NCBI GenBank assembly: GCA_965219415.1 | Contig: CBDCNP010000002.1 | Location: 2,656,001 to 2,720,000 of the forward strand | Source of the DNA: Candidatus Marinacidobacterales bacterium | Lineage (GTDB): Bacteria; Acidobacteriota; Vicinamibacteria; Marinacidobacterales; DATDRI01 | Length of the DNA stretch: 64,000 nt | Direction of reading: 5' to 3' | Shown here: piece by piece, positions 56,295 through 64,000 of the stretch | How positions within the stretch are numbered: position 1 is the stretch's first letter | Layout of the letters: each line of letters opens with the position of its first letter | The notes under the pieces: model-generated | Databases searched by the model: none | Told to the model about the DNA's origin: nothing | What the model saw: the letters and a program-made list of their open reading frames with translations, nothing else | Translations under genes and position numbers: made by a program

Positions 56295-57050
56295 TCAGCC
56301 CACTAGCACCGACCCGCCGTTCACGTTCAGTATTTCTCCGGTAATGTAAGTCGCCAGCTCGGAGGCCAGAAACACGACCGCTCCCGCAATTTCGTCGGGC
56401 GTTCCCGGTCGCCGAAGCGGTATCGTTGCCTCCACCACCGCGCGTTCGGGCGAGGCAAACGTCTCCGCGGTCATATCCGTTGCCACCCACCCCGGGGCGA
56501 CACAGTTCACCAAGATCCCGTGCGGAGCCAGCTCGAGCGCCAGCGACTTCGTGAAACTGATAACGCCCCCTTTGGACGCCGAGTAATGGGAATAGAACGC
56601 TTCGCCCCTTTGACCGGAAGTCGAAGAGATGAGAACGATACGACCAGATCTGCGAGGGATCATCACACGGGCCGCGTGCTTGGCGACCAGGAACACCCCT
56701 TTGAGATTCGTGTTCAGGGTCTCGTCCCATTGATCAACGGTCATCTCGGGAAGAACCGCCTTCTTCCAGACCCCCGCATTGGCAACGACCGCATCGAGTG
56801 CCCCAAGTTGCGACTCCGTTTGAGAGACGAGGTCCCGCACCGCGTTCTCCTGAGCCACATCGGCCTGGAGAGCGATCGCGCGGCCCCCCTTGGCCTCGAT
56901 GCCTCGGACGACGTCCTTCGCCTTTTCCCGCCGGGTCGCGTAACTAACTGCCACGCTGGCTCCCGCCGAAGCGAACCAAGCCGCGATGGCCTCTCCGATT
57001 CCTCGGGAACCACCCGTCACCAGTGCCACCTTACCCGTCAAATCGATCAT
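56295..57050 (-). CDS. SDR oxidoreductase (FabG-like)
   Basis: TGGSRGIG, NAG, YSASK, VAPGWVAT, YITGEILNVNGG. Confidence 0.92.
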   Translation of the reverse strand: MIDLTGKVALVTGGSRGIGEAIAAWFASAGASVAVSYATRREKAKDVVRGIEAKGGRAIALQADVAQENAVRDLVSQTESQLGALDAVVANAGVWKKAVLPEMTVDQWDETLNTNLKGVFLVAKHAARVMIPRRSGRIVLISSTSGQRGEAFYSHYSASKGGVISFTKSLALELAPHGILVNCVAPGWVATDMTAETFASPERAVVEATIPLRRPGTPDEIAGAVVFLASELATYITGEILNVNGGSVLVG

Positions 57051-57085
57051 GGGCTCGCCCTCCGCGCGGACGGGCGATTATAGCT

Positions 57086-57195
57086 CGCCTACGCCGTGGC
57101 AGATTTCATGACTGGCCACGGCTACGGCGAGGCCTCGCCGACCGACTCCGCCCTGCAGGCTTCGTCGAGTCTCGCCGAAGCGAAGGGTAGGCGGC
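57086..57195. repeat. REP-like palindromic cluster
   Basis: CGCCTACGCCGTGGC...GCCACGGCTACGGCG hairpin; closing TAGGCG. Confidence 0.45.
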
Positions 57196-57289
57196 AGTTC
57201 GCCGATCGAGATACAAGTGCGAAGGAAGGCGGGCCTGCGATTTCTCCCGCCGTCCGCCGGGACCCTTCTGTTGAGGCGTCGCGCGGCCT

Positions 57290-57973
57290 GTGATAATTTG
57301 TCCCGGTTTGGCGAGCCGCTTGGGTTATCTCATCAGCTTCGAGGGAATCGAGGGGTGTGGCAAATCGACTCAAGCCAAGCTCCTAGCAAAGCGACTGGAG
57401 AATAGCGGCCGCTCTTGCCTGCTGACGCGAGAACCAGGAGGCACTCAGATCGGCAGAGAGATTCGGAAGGTTCTCTTGCACCCGGCCCACCATCGGATGG
57501 TGGCGGAGGTCGAGTTGGCGCTGTACTTCGCGGATCGCGGTCAACACCTTGAAGAGGTCATCCGTCCGGCGCTCGAAGAGGGCCGGATCGTGATCACGGA
57601 TCGATTCACCGATTCGAGTATCGCCTACCAAGGATACGCGCGCGGTTTGTCGCGCCGGTTGATCCGCTCGTTCGATCGGTTGATGACCGGCGAGTTTCGT
57701 CCTCGCTTCACGGTCCTGCTCGATCTGCCGCCCGAGCACGGCCTGCGTCGTGCTCGAGTTCGCAACCGGAGAAGTCGCCAGAGTCGCACTCAGGGTCGTT
57801 TCGAGCTCGAGCGGCTCGAGTTCCACCGCAAGGTTCGCAAGGGGTATCTACAGCTCGCTCGCCAGGAGAAACGGCGTTTCGTAGTCGTGCCTGCCACCGG
57901 TAATCGACTCCAGATTCACGAGGACATCTGGAAGCGGCTGGCTCCCCGAGTGTCTCGCTTGAGCCGGTCTTGA
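57290..57973 (+). CDS. tmk: Thymidylate kinase
   Basis: FEGIEGCGKSTQ, TREPGGT, DRFTDSSIAYQG. Confidence 0.95.
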   Translation: MIICPGLASRLGYLISFEGIEGCGKSTQAKLLAKRLENSGRSCLLTREPGGTQIGREIRKVLLHPAHHRMVAEVELALYFADRGQHLEEVIRPALEEGRIVITDRFTDSSIAYQGYARGLSRRLIRSFDRLMTGEFRPRFTVLLDLPPEHGLRRARVRNRRSRQSRTQGRFELERLEFHRKVRKGYLQLARQEKRRFVVVPATGNRLQIHEDIWKRLAPRVSRLSRS

Positions 57974-58028
57974 TGCTCCAGTCGAACGGTCGCGGAAGCA
58001 TCTCCGCAAGCCGCGTGCCACGAAAAAG

Positions 58029-59069
58029 ATGTCTTTCTCGCAACTAATTGGAAACCGTTCGGCGCTCGATCGCCTACGGAAAATGTTGGCTCGCGGCCAG
58101 GTTCCTACCAGCTTGCTCTTCAGCGGACCCGACGGCGTGGGAAAGCTCGATGCCGCGATGAACCTGGCCAAGGCGCTAAATTGCGCGCAGGCCGTCGATG
58201 GCGGTGACGAGGCTTGCGACGAATGCCCCGCCTGCCGGCGCATCGATTCGGGAAGCTTCCCGGACGTGCGCCGCATTGCGCCAGAAGGAGCCGGGGGGCA
58301 GATCAAAGCGGAAGCCGTGCGACCGGTGGTGAGCGAAAGCCCCTTCCGACCCTTCGAAGGCAGGAAGCGTGTGTATATCATCGAAGTAGCCGACCGCATG
58401 AACCCCACCGCGGCCAACACGCTGCTCAAGACACTCGAGGAATCGCCGTCTTGGATCGTGGTCGTGCTGCTTACTTCGCACGAGGCCGCCATGCTCCCTA
58501 CGCTACTTTCCCGTTGCCAAAAGATTCGCTTTCTTCCCCTGCTCCCGGAGGAAATTGCAGACCTCCTCGTCTCGCACCATGGGTTTTCAGCCGAGGATGC
58601 CAACCTAGCTTCGTCGGCCTCGGGCGGGAGCCTCGCCCGAGCGCTGGCCACAAAAACAGACGAGCTGGTCGAGTTGCGTGCTGAGGCCATGGAAGTAGCG
58701 AACATGCTGGCCGACGCCCCCGGCCGTGCGGAGTTGTTTGCGCGGGCCGACCGGCTCGCCAAGCACAAATCGCTGATCGATGTCGTGCGATTGCTGGTGG
58801 GACTCCTCCGGGACATCTCTTGCATCGCAGGCGGTGAACAGGGTTCCGTCGTGCACTGGGATAGCGAAGACCTCGGACTCCTCGCTTCGCGCGTTCCGCT
58901 CGAGTTATGGCTCGAGGCCTTCGTCCTGGCCGAACAATCGCTCCAAGATCTCGCGGTGCGCTACGCGAACAAGAGAATCACCCTCGAACGCCTGTTTCTA
59001 GCGCTTTGCGGACTTCAGGGGCGGGGCATGCAACGCCAATTTGCCGGCGGAGGGAGCGCCCCACGATGA
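58029..59069 (+). CDS. holB: DNA polymerase III delta' subunit
   Basis: LFSGPDGVGK, CDECPAC, AANTLLKTLEE, TLLSRCQ; follows tmk. Confidence 0.93.
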   Translation: MSFSQLIGNRSALDRLRKMLARGQVPTSLLFSGPDGVGKLDAAMNLAKALNCAQAVDGGDEACDECPACRRIDSGSFPDVRRIAPEGAGGQIKAEAVRPVVSESPFRPFEGRKRVYIIEVADRMNPTAANTLLKTLEESPSWIVVVLLTSHEAAMLPTLLSRCQKIRFLPLLPEEIADLLVSHHGFSAEDANLASSASGGSLARALATKTDELVELRAEAMEVANMLADAPGRAELFARADRLAKHKSLIDVVRLLVGLLRDISCIAGGEQGSVVHWDSEDLGLLASRVPLELWLEAFVLAEQSLQDLAVRYANKRITLERLFLALCGLQGRGMQRQFAGGGSAPR

Positions 59070-59350
59070 GAGACTCTACGAGAACGAAGGCGAACCGCCG
59101 GCGAACACCGCTGTCCGATCGACACTTGCGCCCCCTCGGGCTTGGTGCTAGACTCCTTGCAATCTGTTGGCGAACTTCAGATTAAGCCTCGGCAGGACCC
59201 AGTCCGGTTAGAGAAACCGGTGTTTCACAGCAGGCCGAGGGGCCGCTCTTACCTAAAACGTGTTAAGTCGGCGTGCCCTCGGGGTTGTCGAATCTCCTAT
59301 TCCCGAGAGCGCCAGTTTTTCGGGCCGGAAGACAGATGAACAGAGGAACC

Positions 59351-59659
59351 GTGAATCGAAAGCTGATTCGTCCCAACCTAACGGATATCAAAGACCAGAT
59401 GTCTTCCAAGCCGGTGCGCCGAAAACCGGTCCCCCCGGAGCAAACCAACGCGGAGAGCTTCTACTACATCAAACAGATGAACAGCAAGACCCCCGTGGTG
59501 CTGGTACTGCAAGATGGAGAAGAGCTCAGAGGGGTGATCGAGTGGTACGACAAAAGCTGTCTCAAAGTGAACCGCATCGACAAGCCCAACATTCTCATCT
59601 TCAAGCACAACATCAAGTACATGTACAAGGAGAACGAGGTAAAGGGCGAGAACGATTAG
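59351..59659 (+). CDS. hfq: Hfq-family RNA chaperone
   Basis: Sm fold: VLVLQDGEELRGVIEWYD...LIFKHNIKYM. Confidence 0.85.
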   Translation: MNRKLIRPNLTDIKDQMSSKPVRRKPVPPEQTNAESFYYIKQMNSKTPVVLVLQDGEELRGVIEWYDKSCLKVNRIDKPNILIFKHNIKYMYKENEVKGEND

Positions 59660-59820
59660 TGTCCTGCATCAGTGGATCGTTGCCTAAAGCTCGAGGCCAT
59701 TTTGTGGGCTGGCGAGGCGTGACGACGACGTCATATCTGGATATTTCTAGGAGCCACAACGAAGCCAGCGCGCAAAAGGGGCCGAGATTTAGGTGACGAG
59801 TTACTGATACAGGGCACTAA
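59656..59820. mobile_element. 165-bp palindromic MITE/REPIN-like element
   Basis: TTAGTGTCCTGCATCAGT... pairs with ...ACTGATACAGGGCACTAA; arms about 58 bp. Confidence 0.75.
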
Positions 59821-59824
59821 CTTC

Positions 59825-60301
59825 TTAGCGGTTTCGCTCCTTCAGCTCCGTCTGCACTTCCCGTTTCAAATCCCTCTCCCGCACCGCGGCACGCCGATCG
59901 TGGTGTTTCTTGCCCTTAGCAAGGGCCAGTTCCACTTTCAAACGCCCCTTGCGAAAGTAGATGCGTGTCGGAATGAGAGTTAGCCCTCTTTGGGAGATCT
60001 TTCCGATGAGTCGGCGGATCTCCCTTCGGTGGAGGAGAAGCTTACGGGGCCGGAGCGGTTCATGGTTCTCGTAGAAGGCGTGGGAATAAGGACTGATGTG
60101 ACACTGCATTAGATAAAGCTCCCCGTTTTTCTCGGCGGCGTAGCTATCCTTCAGGTTCACTCTCCCTTCGCGGGCGGCCTTGACCTCGGTGCCTTGAAGC
60201 ACCAAACCGGCCTCGAAACGGTCCGTCAACTGATAGTTGTAGCCGGCCTTGCGGTTCACGGCCACGATTTTCACGGCCGGGTCGCTCGACTTATCTGCCA
60301 T
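59825..60301 (-). CDS. smpB: SsrA-binding protein
   Basis: NRKAGYNY, EAGLVLQGTEVKA, RKLLLHRREI, AKGKKHHDRR. Confidence 0.96.
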   Translation of the reverse strand: MADKSSDPAVKIVAVNRKAGYNYQLTDRFEAGLVLQGTEVKAAREGRVNLKDSYAAEKNGELYLMQCHISPYSHAFYENHEPLRPRKLLLHRREIRRLIGKISQRGLTLIPTRIYFRKGRLKVELALAKGKKHHDRRAAVRERDLKREVQTELKERNR

Positions 60302-60477
60302 CCGTTGAGGGCTCCTGACTGTAAAGGACTCGATTGTGGTCACTTATCGCCCCGAGCCCAAAGGGGCGATCCCGGTGCCAGCGAGTGGTCTGTGCTATAA
60401 TAAACCGCGGGTGCATCCTCGTAAACTTCGGAAGGAACAGGAGTAATGGTCGCTAGTCGACCGGCTCGCACGCCTCG

Positions 60478-61692
60478 ATGAGCCAATTCATTTGCAAAGT
60501 CGGTACCAGCGGCGGCGACATCATGGAGATTGCCCGCCGGGCCGACGACGAAGGCTCGGTGAGACGCGAGCTTTCCGAGAGCGGATACCACATTTTCTCG
60601 GTGCGTCGTTCCTTCGGCTTGGCCCCGCTCTTGTCCGTGTTCCGACGTGGACCCGGCCGGATCAAGACCACCGAGTTCATCATTTTCAACCAGGAGCTCG
60701 CGGCGCTATTGAAGGCGGGCCTGCCCTTGCTCCAGTCGCTGAACATCATGCTCGAGAGGATGAAGAACCCTCAGCTGCGCGGAGTGCTCACCGACGTTCG
60801 CGACAAAGTCAAAGGCGGGATCTCGTTGTCCGAGGCCTTCGCCTCGCACGGCGATCTATTCCCGCGCATCTACTCTGCTTCCCTACTGGCGGGAGAAAAG
60901 AGCGGTAGCCTGGAAGCGGTCATTCGCCGCTACGTCCAGTACATGAAGCTGACCGAAGGTACCAGAAAAAAAGTGGTCGGGGCACTCATCTATCCGGCCT
61001 TCCTCTCCGCGGTCCTCGTGTTGGCAGCGTCGGTGCTTCTCTTCCACGTCGTTCCTAGATTCGGCGGGTTCTTCGAAAACTTCGGTGCCGATTTGCCTCC
61101 GCTTACGCTCGGCCTTCTCTGGTTCGCAAGCTCAGTGCGGGCGAATGCTTGGTTGATCTTGCTCGCTCTTGTGTTTGGTGGCACTGCTTTCTACGTCTGG
61201 TCTCGTCAAGAAAGCGCGAAAAAGAAGATCAACCATTCGAAGCTTAGGTTTCCTTACTTCGGCCAACTCCTGCGCCTCTTCGCGACGTCTCAACTGACGC
61301 GTTCGATCTCGACTCTGCTCGCCGGCGGCATCCCGCTGGTGCAGTCGATCGAGATTTCGGCCGGGTCGATCGCCAACCGTTTTCTCGGGCAAACGGTGGA
61401 GCCCGTCGCGGATCGGGTCCGGGAAGGCAAGTCTTTTGCCGCGAGCCTCGAAGGGACCGGTCAATTCTCCAACATGGTCATCGAAATGGCCAAAGTCGGA
61501 GAGAGCACCGGGAGCCTGGCGGACATGATGGGCTCGGTCGCCGACTTCAGCGACGAGGAGATCGACCATCGACTGAATATCATGATGGCCATGCTGACAC
61601 CGGTAATGCTCGTCGTGATGGGAGGGTTCGTGGCCTTGATCCTATTGGCCCTTTACCTACCCCTTTTCGGTCTAGCCGGCGTCATGCACTGA
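60478..61692 (+). CDS. pilC: Type IV pilus/T2SS platform protein (PilC/GspF)
   Basis: QELAALLKAGLPL, AGEKSGSL, ALIYP, VGESTGSL, LYLPLF. Confidence 0.92.
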   Translation: MSQFICKVGTSGGDIMEIARRADDEGSVRRELSESGYHIFSVRRSFGLAPLLSVFRRGPGRIKTTEFIIFNQELAALLKAGLPLLQSLNIMLERMKNPQLRGVLTDVRDKVKGGISLSEAFASHGDLFPRIYSASLLAGEKSGSLEAVIRRYVQYMKLTEGTRKKVVGALIYPAFLSAVLVLAASVLLFHVVPRFGGFFENFGADLPPLTLGLLWFASSVRANAWLILLALVFGGTAFYVWSRQESAKKKINHSKLRFPYFGQLLRLFATSQLTRSISTLLAGGIPLVQSIEISAGSIANRFLGQTVEPVADRVREGKSFAASLEGTGQFSNMVIEMAKVGESTGSLADMMGSVADFSDEEIDHRLNIMMAMLTPVMLVVMGGFVALILLALYLPLFGLAGVMH

Positions 61693-61704
61693 GGTCCCCA
61701 GCAA

Positions 61705-63357
61705 ATGGTGAGAGAGCCCAACGCGGAGAAACCCTCCACTCAGCTCGACGTGGATCCCAACCAAACGCCCGAGGAAGCAATGGCGGCTGAGATTCAGCAG
61801 GCCCAGGATCTCGCCGCCCGATGCCGGCTGCAGTACGTCGATCTCGAGCACTTCCAGCCCGATCACGACCTGTTTCGGAGTGTTCCGGTGGAGCTGATGT
61901 TCCGCTACAACTTCCTACCCTACCGGAAGGAAAACGACAACCTGGTCGTCGTCACCTCCGATCCCACGAACGTACCGGTGTTGGACGAGATCTCTTTGCT
62001 CTTGAAGACGCCCATCCGTGCCTCAGTGGGCACCGAGTCCGCTATCCAGGAGCTCCTCAAGAAAAGCCAGAGCGCTCAGCGCGTCTTGGAAGAGGCCTCG
62101 GAAAGCTTCACCATGCAGATCGTCCGGGATGACGAGGACAGCGAGGAAACCCTGTCCATCGACCGGCTGACCGATACGTCGAGCCCTATCATCCGTCTCG
62201 TGGACTCCACGATCTACAACGCGCTGACCAAGCGCGCCTCCGACATCCATATCGAAACCCGAGACGAAGAGGTGGTCATCAAGTACCGGATCGACGGCGT
62301 CCTGCAGAAAGCCATGAAGCCACTCACCAAGGCACAACATTCGGAGATCATCAGCCGCATAAAGGTCATGGCCGAGCTCGACGTGGCGGAGAAACGCGTC
62401 CCGCAGGATGGCCGATTCCGCTTGAAGGTGAAGGGTCGTAGCATCGATTTCCGCGTTTCCATCATGCCCAGCATTTATGGGGAAGACGCGGTGATCCGGA
62501 TCTTGGACAAGGAGTCCATCAACGAGCAGTTCGCGGAGCTGCGGCTGGACATCTTGGGCTTCTCGGAAAGTGAGGTCAAACGCATTCGCCATTTCATCCG
62601 CGAGCCCTATGGAATGGTGCTGGTGACGGGACCCACCGGGAGCGGCAAGACCACCACTCTCTATGCGGCGCTGTCGGAGATCTACAACGAGGAAGACAAG
62701 ATCGTCACCATCGAAGACCCCGTGGAGTACCAACTCAAGGGCATCACGCAAATCCCGGTCAACGAGAAGAAGGGCCTCACCTTCGCGCGCGGCCTCCGCT
62801 CCATTCTCCGCCACGACCCGGACAAGATCATGGTGGGAGAAATCCGCGATTCGGACACCGCGCAGGTCGCCATCCAGTCCGCTCTTACCGGACATCTGGT
62901 TTTCACCACCGTTCACGCTAATAACGTCTTCGACGTGGTTGGACGTTTCTTGAACATGGGCGTGGAGGCGTACAATTTCGTCTCTGCGCTGAACTGTATC
63001 CTCGCACAGAGGTTGTGCCGCACCATCTGCCCGGCGTGCCGGACGCCGGTTCACGCTTCGCGCGAGCTCCTCGAAGAATCCGGATTGGATCCGGAGCGCT
63101 GCCGGGATCACGAGTTCTTCCGGGGCGAGGGCTGCCTGCAATGTAACGGTACCGGGTATAAGGGACGGCAGGCGATCTGCGAGCTATTGGATCTTTCCGA
63201 CAACGTCAGGGAGATGCTCATCGACCGACGGCCGAGCACCGACATCAAGCGGGCGGCCAAGGAGGAGGGCATGCTCTTCTTGCGCGAATCGGCTTTGGCC
63301 AAGGCCTTCGATGGTCTGACCACGCTGGAAGAGATCAACAAGGTTACGTTTGTCTAA
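61705..63357 (+). CDS. pilB: Type IV pilus/T2SS assembly ATPase (PilB/GspE)
   Basis: ASDIHIE, PQDGRF, GPTGSGKTTT, LRHDPDKIMVGEIRD, two CxxC. Confidence 0.94.
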   Translation: MVREPNAEKPSTQLDVDPNQTPEEAMAAEIQQAQDLAARCRLQYVDLEHFQPDHDLFRSVPVELMFRYNFLPYRKENDNLVVVTSDPTNVPVLDEISLLLKTPIRASVGTESAIQELLKKSQSAQRVLEEASESFTMQIVRDDEDSEETLSIDRLTDTSSPIIRLVDSTIYNALTKRASDIHIETRDEEVVIKYRIDGVLQKAMKPLTKAQHSEIISRIKVMAELDVAEKRVPQDGRFRLKVKGRSIDFRVSIMPSIYGEDAVIRILDKESINEQFAELRLDILGFSESEVKRIRHFIREPYGMVLVTGPTGSGKTTTLYAALSEIYNEEDKIVTIEDPVEYQLKGITQIPVNEKKGLTFARGLRSILRHDPDKIMVGEIRDSDTAQVAIQSALTGHLVFTTVHANNVFDVVGRFLNMGVEAYNFVSALNCILAQRLCRTICPACRTPVHASRELLEESGLDPERCRDHEFFRGEGCLQCNGTGYKGRQAICELLDLSDNVREMLIDRRPSTDIKRAAKEEGMLFLRESALAKAFDGLTTLEEINKVTFV

Positions 63358-64000
63358 GCAACGACTTCGCCAGCTAAAGCGATGGCTCTTGGAGCCGGAG
63401 CCGCCCGGAGTGGGAATCGAGTTTCGCCGGGACGAAATCATCGTGGCTCGCTTCGGTGACAACGGACATGGCGAGATGGACCTTTGCTTGCGGGCCCCTC
63501 TCCCGCCAGGAGTCGTCGACTTCTCGATGCTTACTCCCAACCTTAGCGAAACTGAAGCGCTCGGCCAATTCCTCCGACAGCTCTTCGAGGAGGCTGGCAT
63601 CCAAGGCAACCGCGTGGGCCTCACGCTGCCCGACATTCTGGCCCGCATTTCGGTACAGGAGCTGCCCGAGACTCCCCGCTCCCGCACCGAAGCCGAAGAG
63701 CTACTCCGTTTCAGGATGAAGAAGGCGCTCCCCTTCGAGGTGAGTGACGCCAGGCTCGCCTTCCAGCCTCTTCCCGGCATCAACCCCACCTTCCTCACCG
63801 GCATCTTGCACGAGGAAGTCGTCAGCCAATACGAGACGCTCTTCGATGGGCTCGGATTCCACGTGGGGGTCATCGAGACCTCATCGCTCAGCCTGCTCAA
63901 GCTTTGGGAGGGCGTGGTCGTCGAGAATCTGACACCGGAGCAGGACTATCTTTTTCTCAACCTCGAAGAAACCTACTTCACATTGACCCTCGTCCGGAAC
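63350..64000 (+). CDS. pilM: PilM-like protein, runs off the window end
   Basis: Open frame overlapping the pilB stop; LPPGVV, VGLTLPD, LLRFRMKKALPF. Confidence 0.7.
   Translation, partial: MSKQRLRQLKRWLLEPEPPGVGIEFRRDEIIVARFGDNGHGEMDLCLRAPLPPGVVDFSMLTPNLSETEALGQFLRQLFEEAGIQGNRVGLTLPDILARISVQELPETPRSRTEAEELLRFRMKKALPFEVSDARLAFQPLPGINPTFLTGILHEEVVSQYETLFDGLGFHVGVIETSSLSLLKLWEGVVVENLTPEQDYLFLNLEETYFTLTLVRN

Noticed and set aside
60302-60477. tmRNA next to smpB
   Set aside because: The gap is too short and lacks tRNA-like ends.

Overview
The window has two halves. Bases 1-42.6 kb are a heavily scrambled accessory/defence island. It holds broken type I and type ISP/IIG restriction-modification genes, two GmrSD (DUF262) remnants, three inactivated HEPN-motif genes, FitAB and HigBA toxin-antitoxin loci, an intact SNF2-helicase/SWIM pair and an intact BCCT transporter. 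It also holds many IS3, IS5, IS256 and IS6-type elements and a group II intron 3' end. Bases 42.8-64 kb are mostly ordinary chromosome (ddl-like, DUF3179, DUF5916, tRNA-Val, M23, M28, SDRs, tmk, holB, hfq, smpB, pilC-pilB-pilM); the Hfq N-terminus and gene content suggest an Acidobacteriota (Vicinamibacteria-like) host, which is inference. The most unusual signal is about 19 termini of rve-integrase elements in four sequence types, three of which share YGT-N6-C(A/C)AAAA; two types begin CGT rather than TGT and one has ~100-bp inverted repeats. The ends occur in hybrid pairs and tightly bracket cargo, including a whole BCCT gene. Two ends directly abut short, synonymously diverged copies of pilB and pilM, whose resident copies lie at the end of the window. 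Many 50-200 bp gene shards, a local inversion and a permuted SDR show extensive micro-rearrangement. An amplification or assembly chimera cannot be excluded from sequence alone. All protein family calls are from motif recognition, not database searches.
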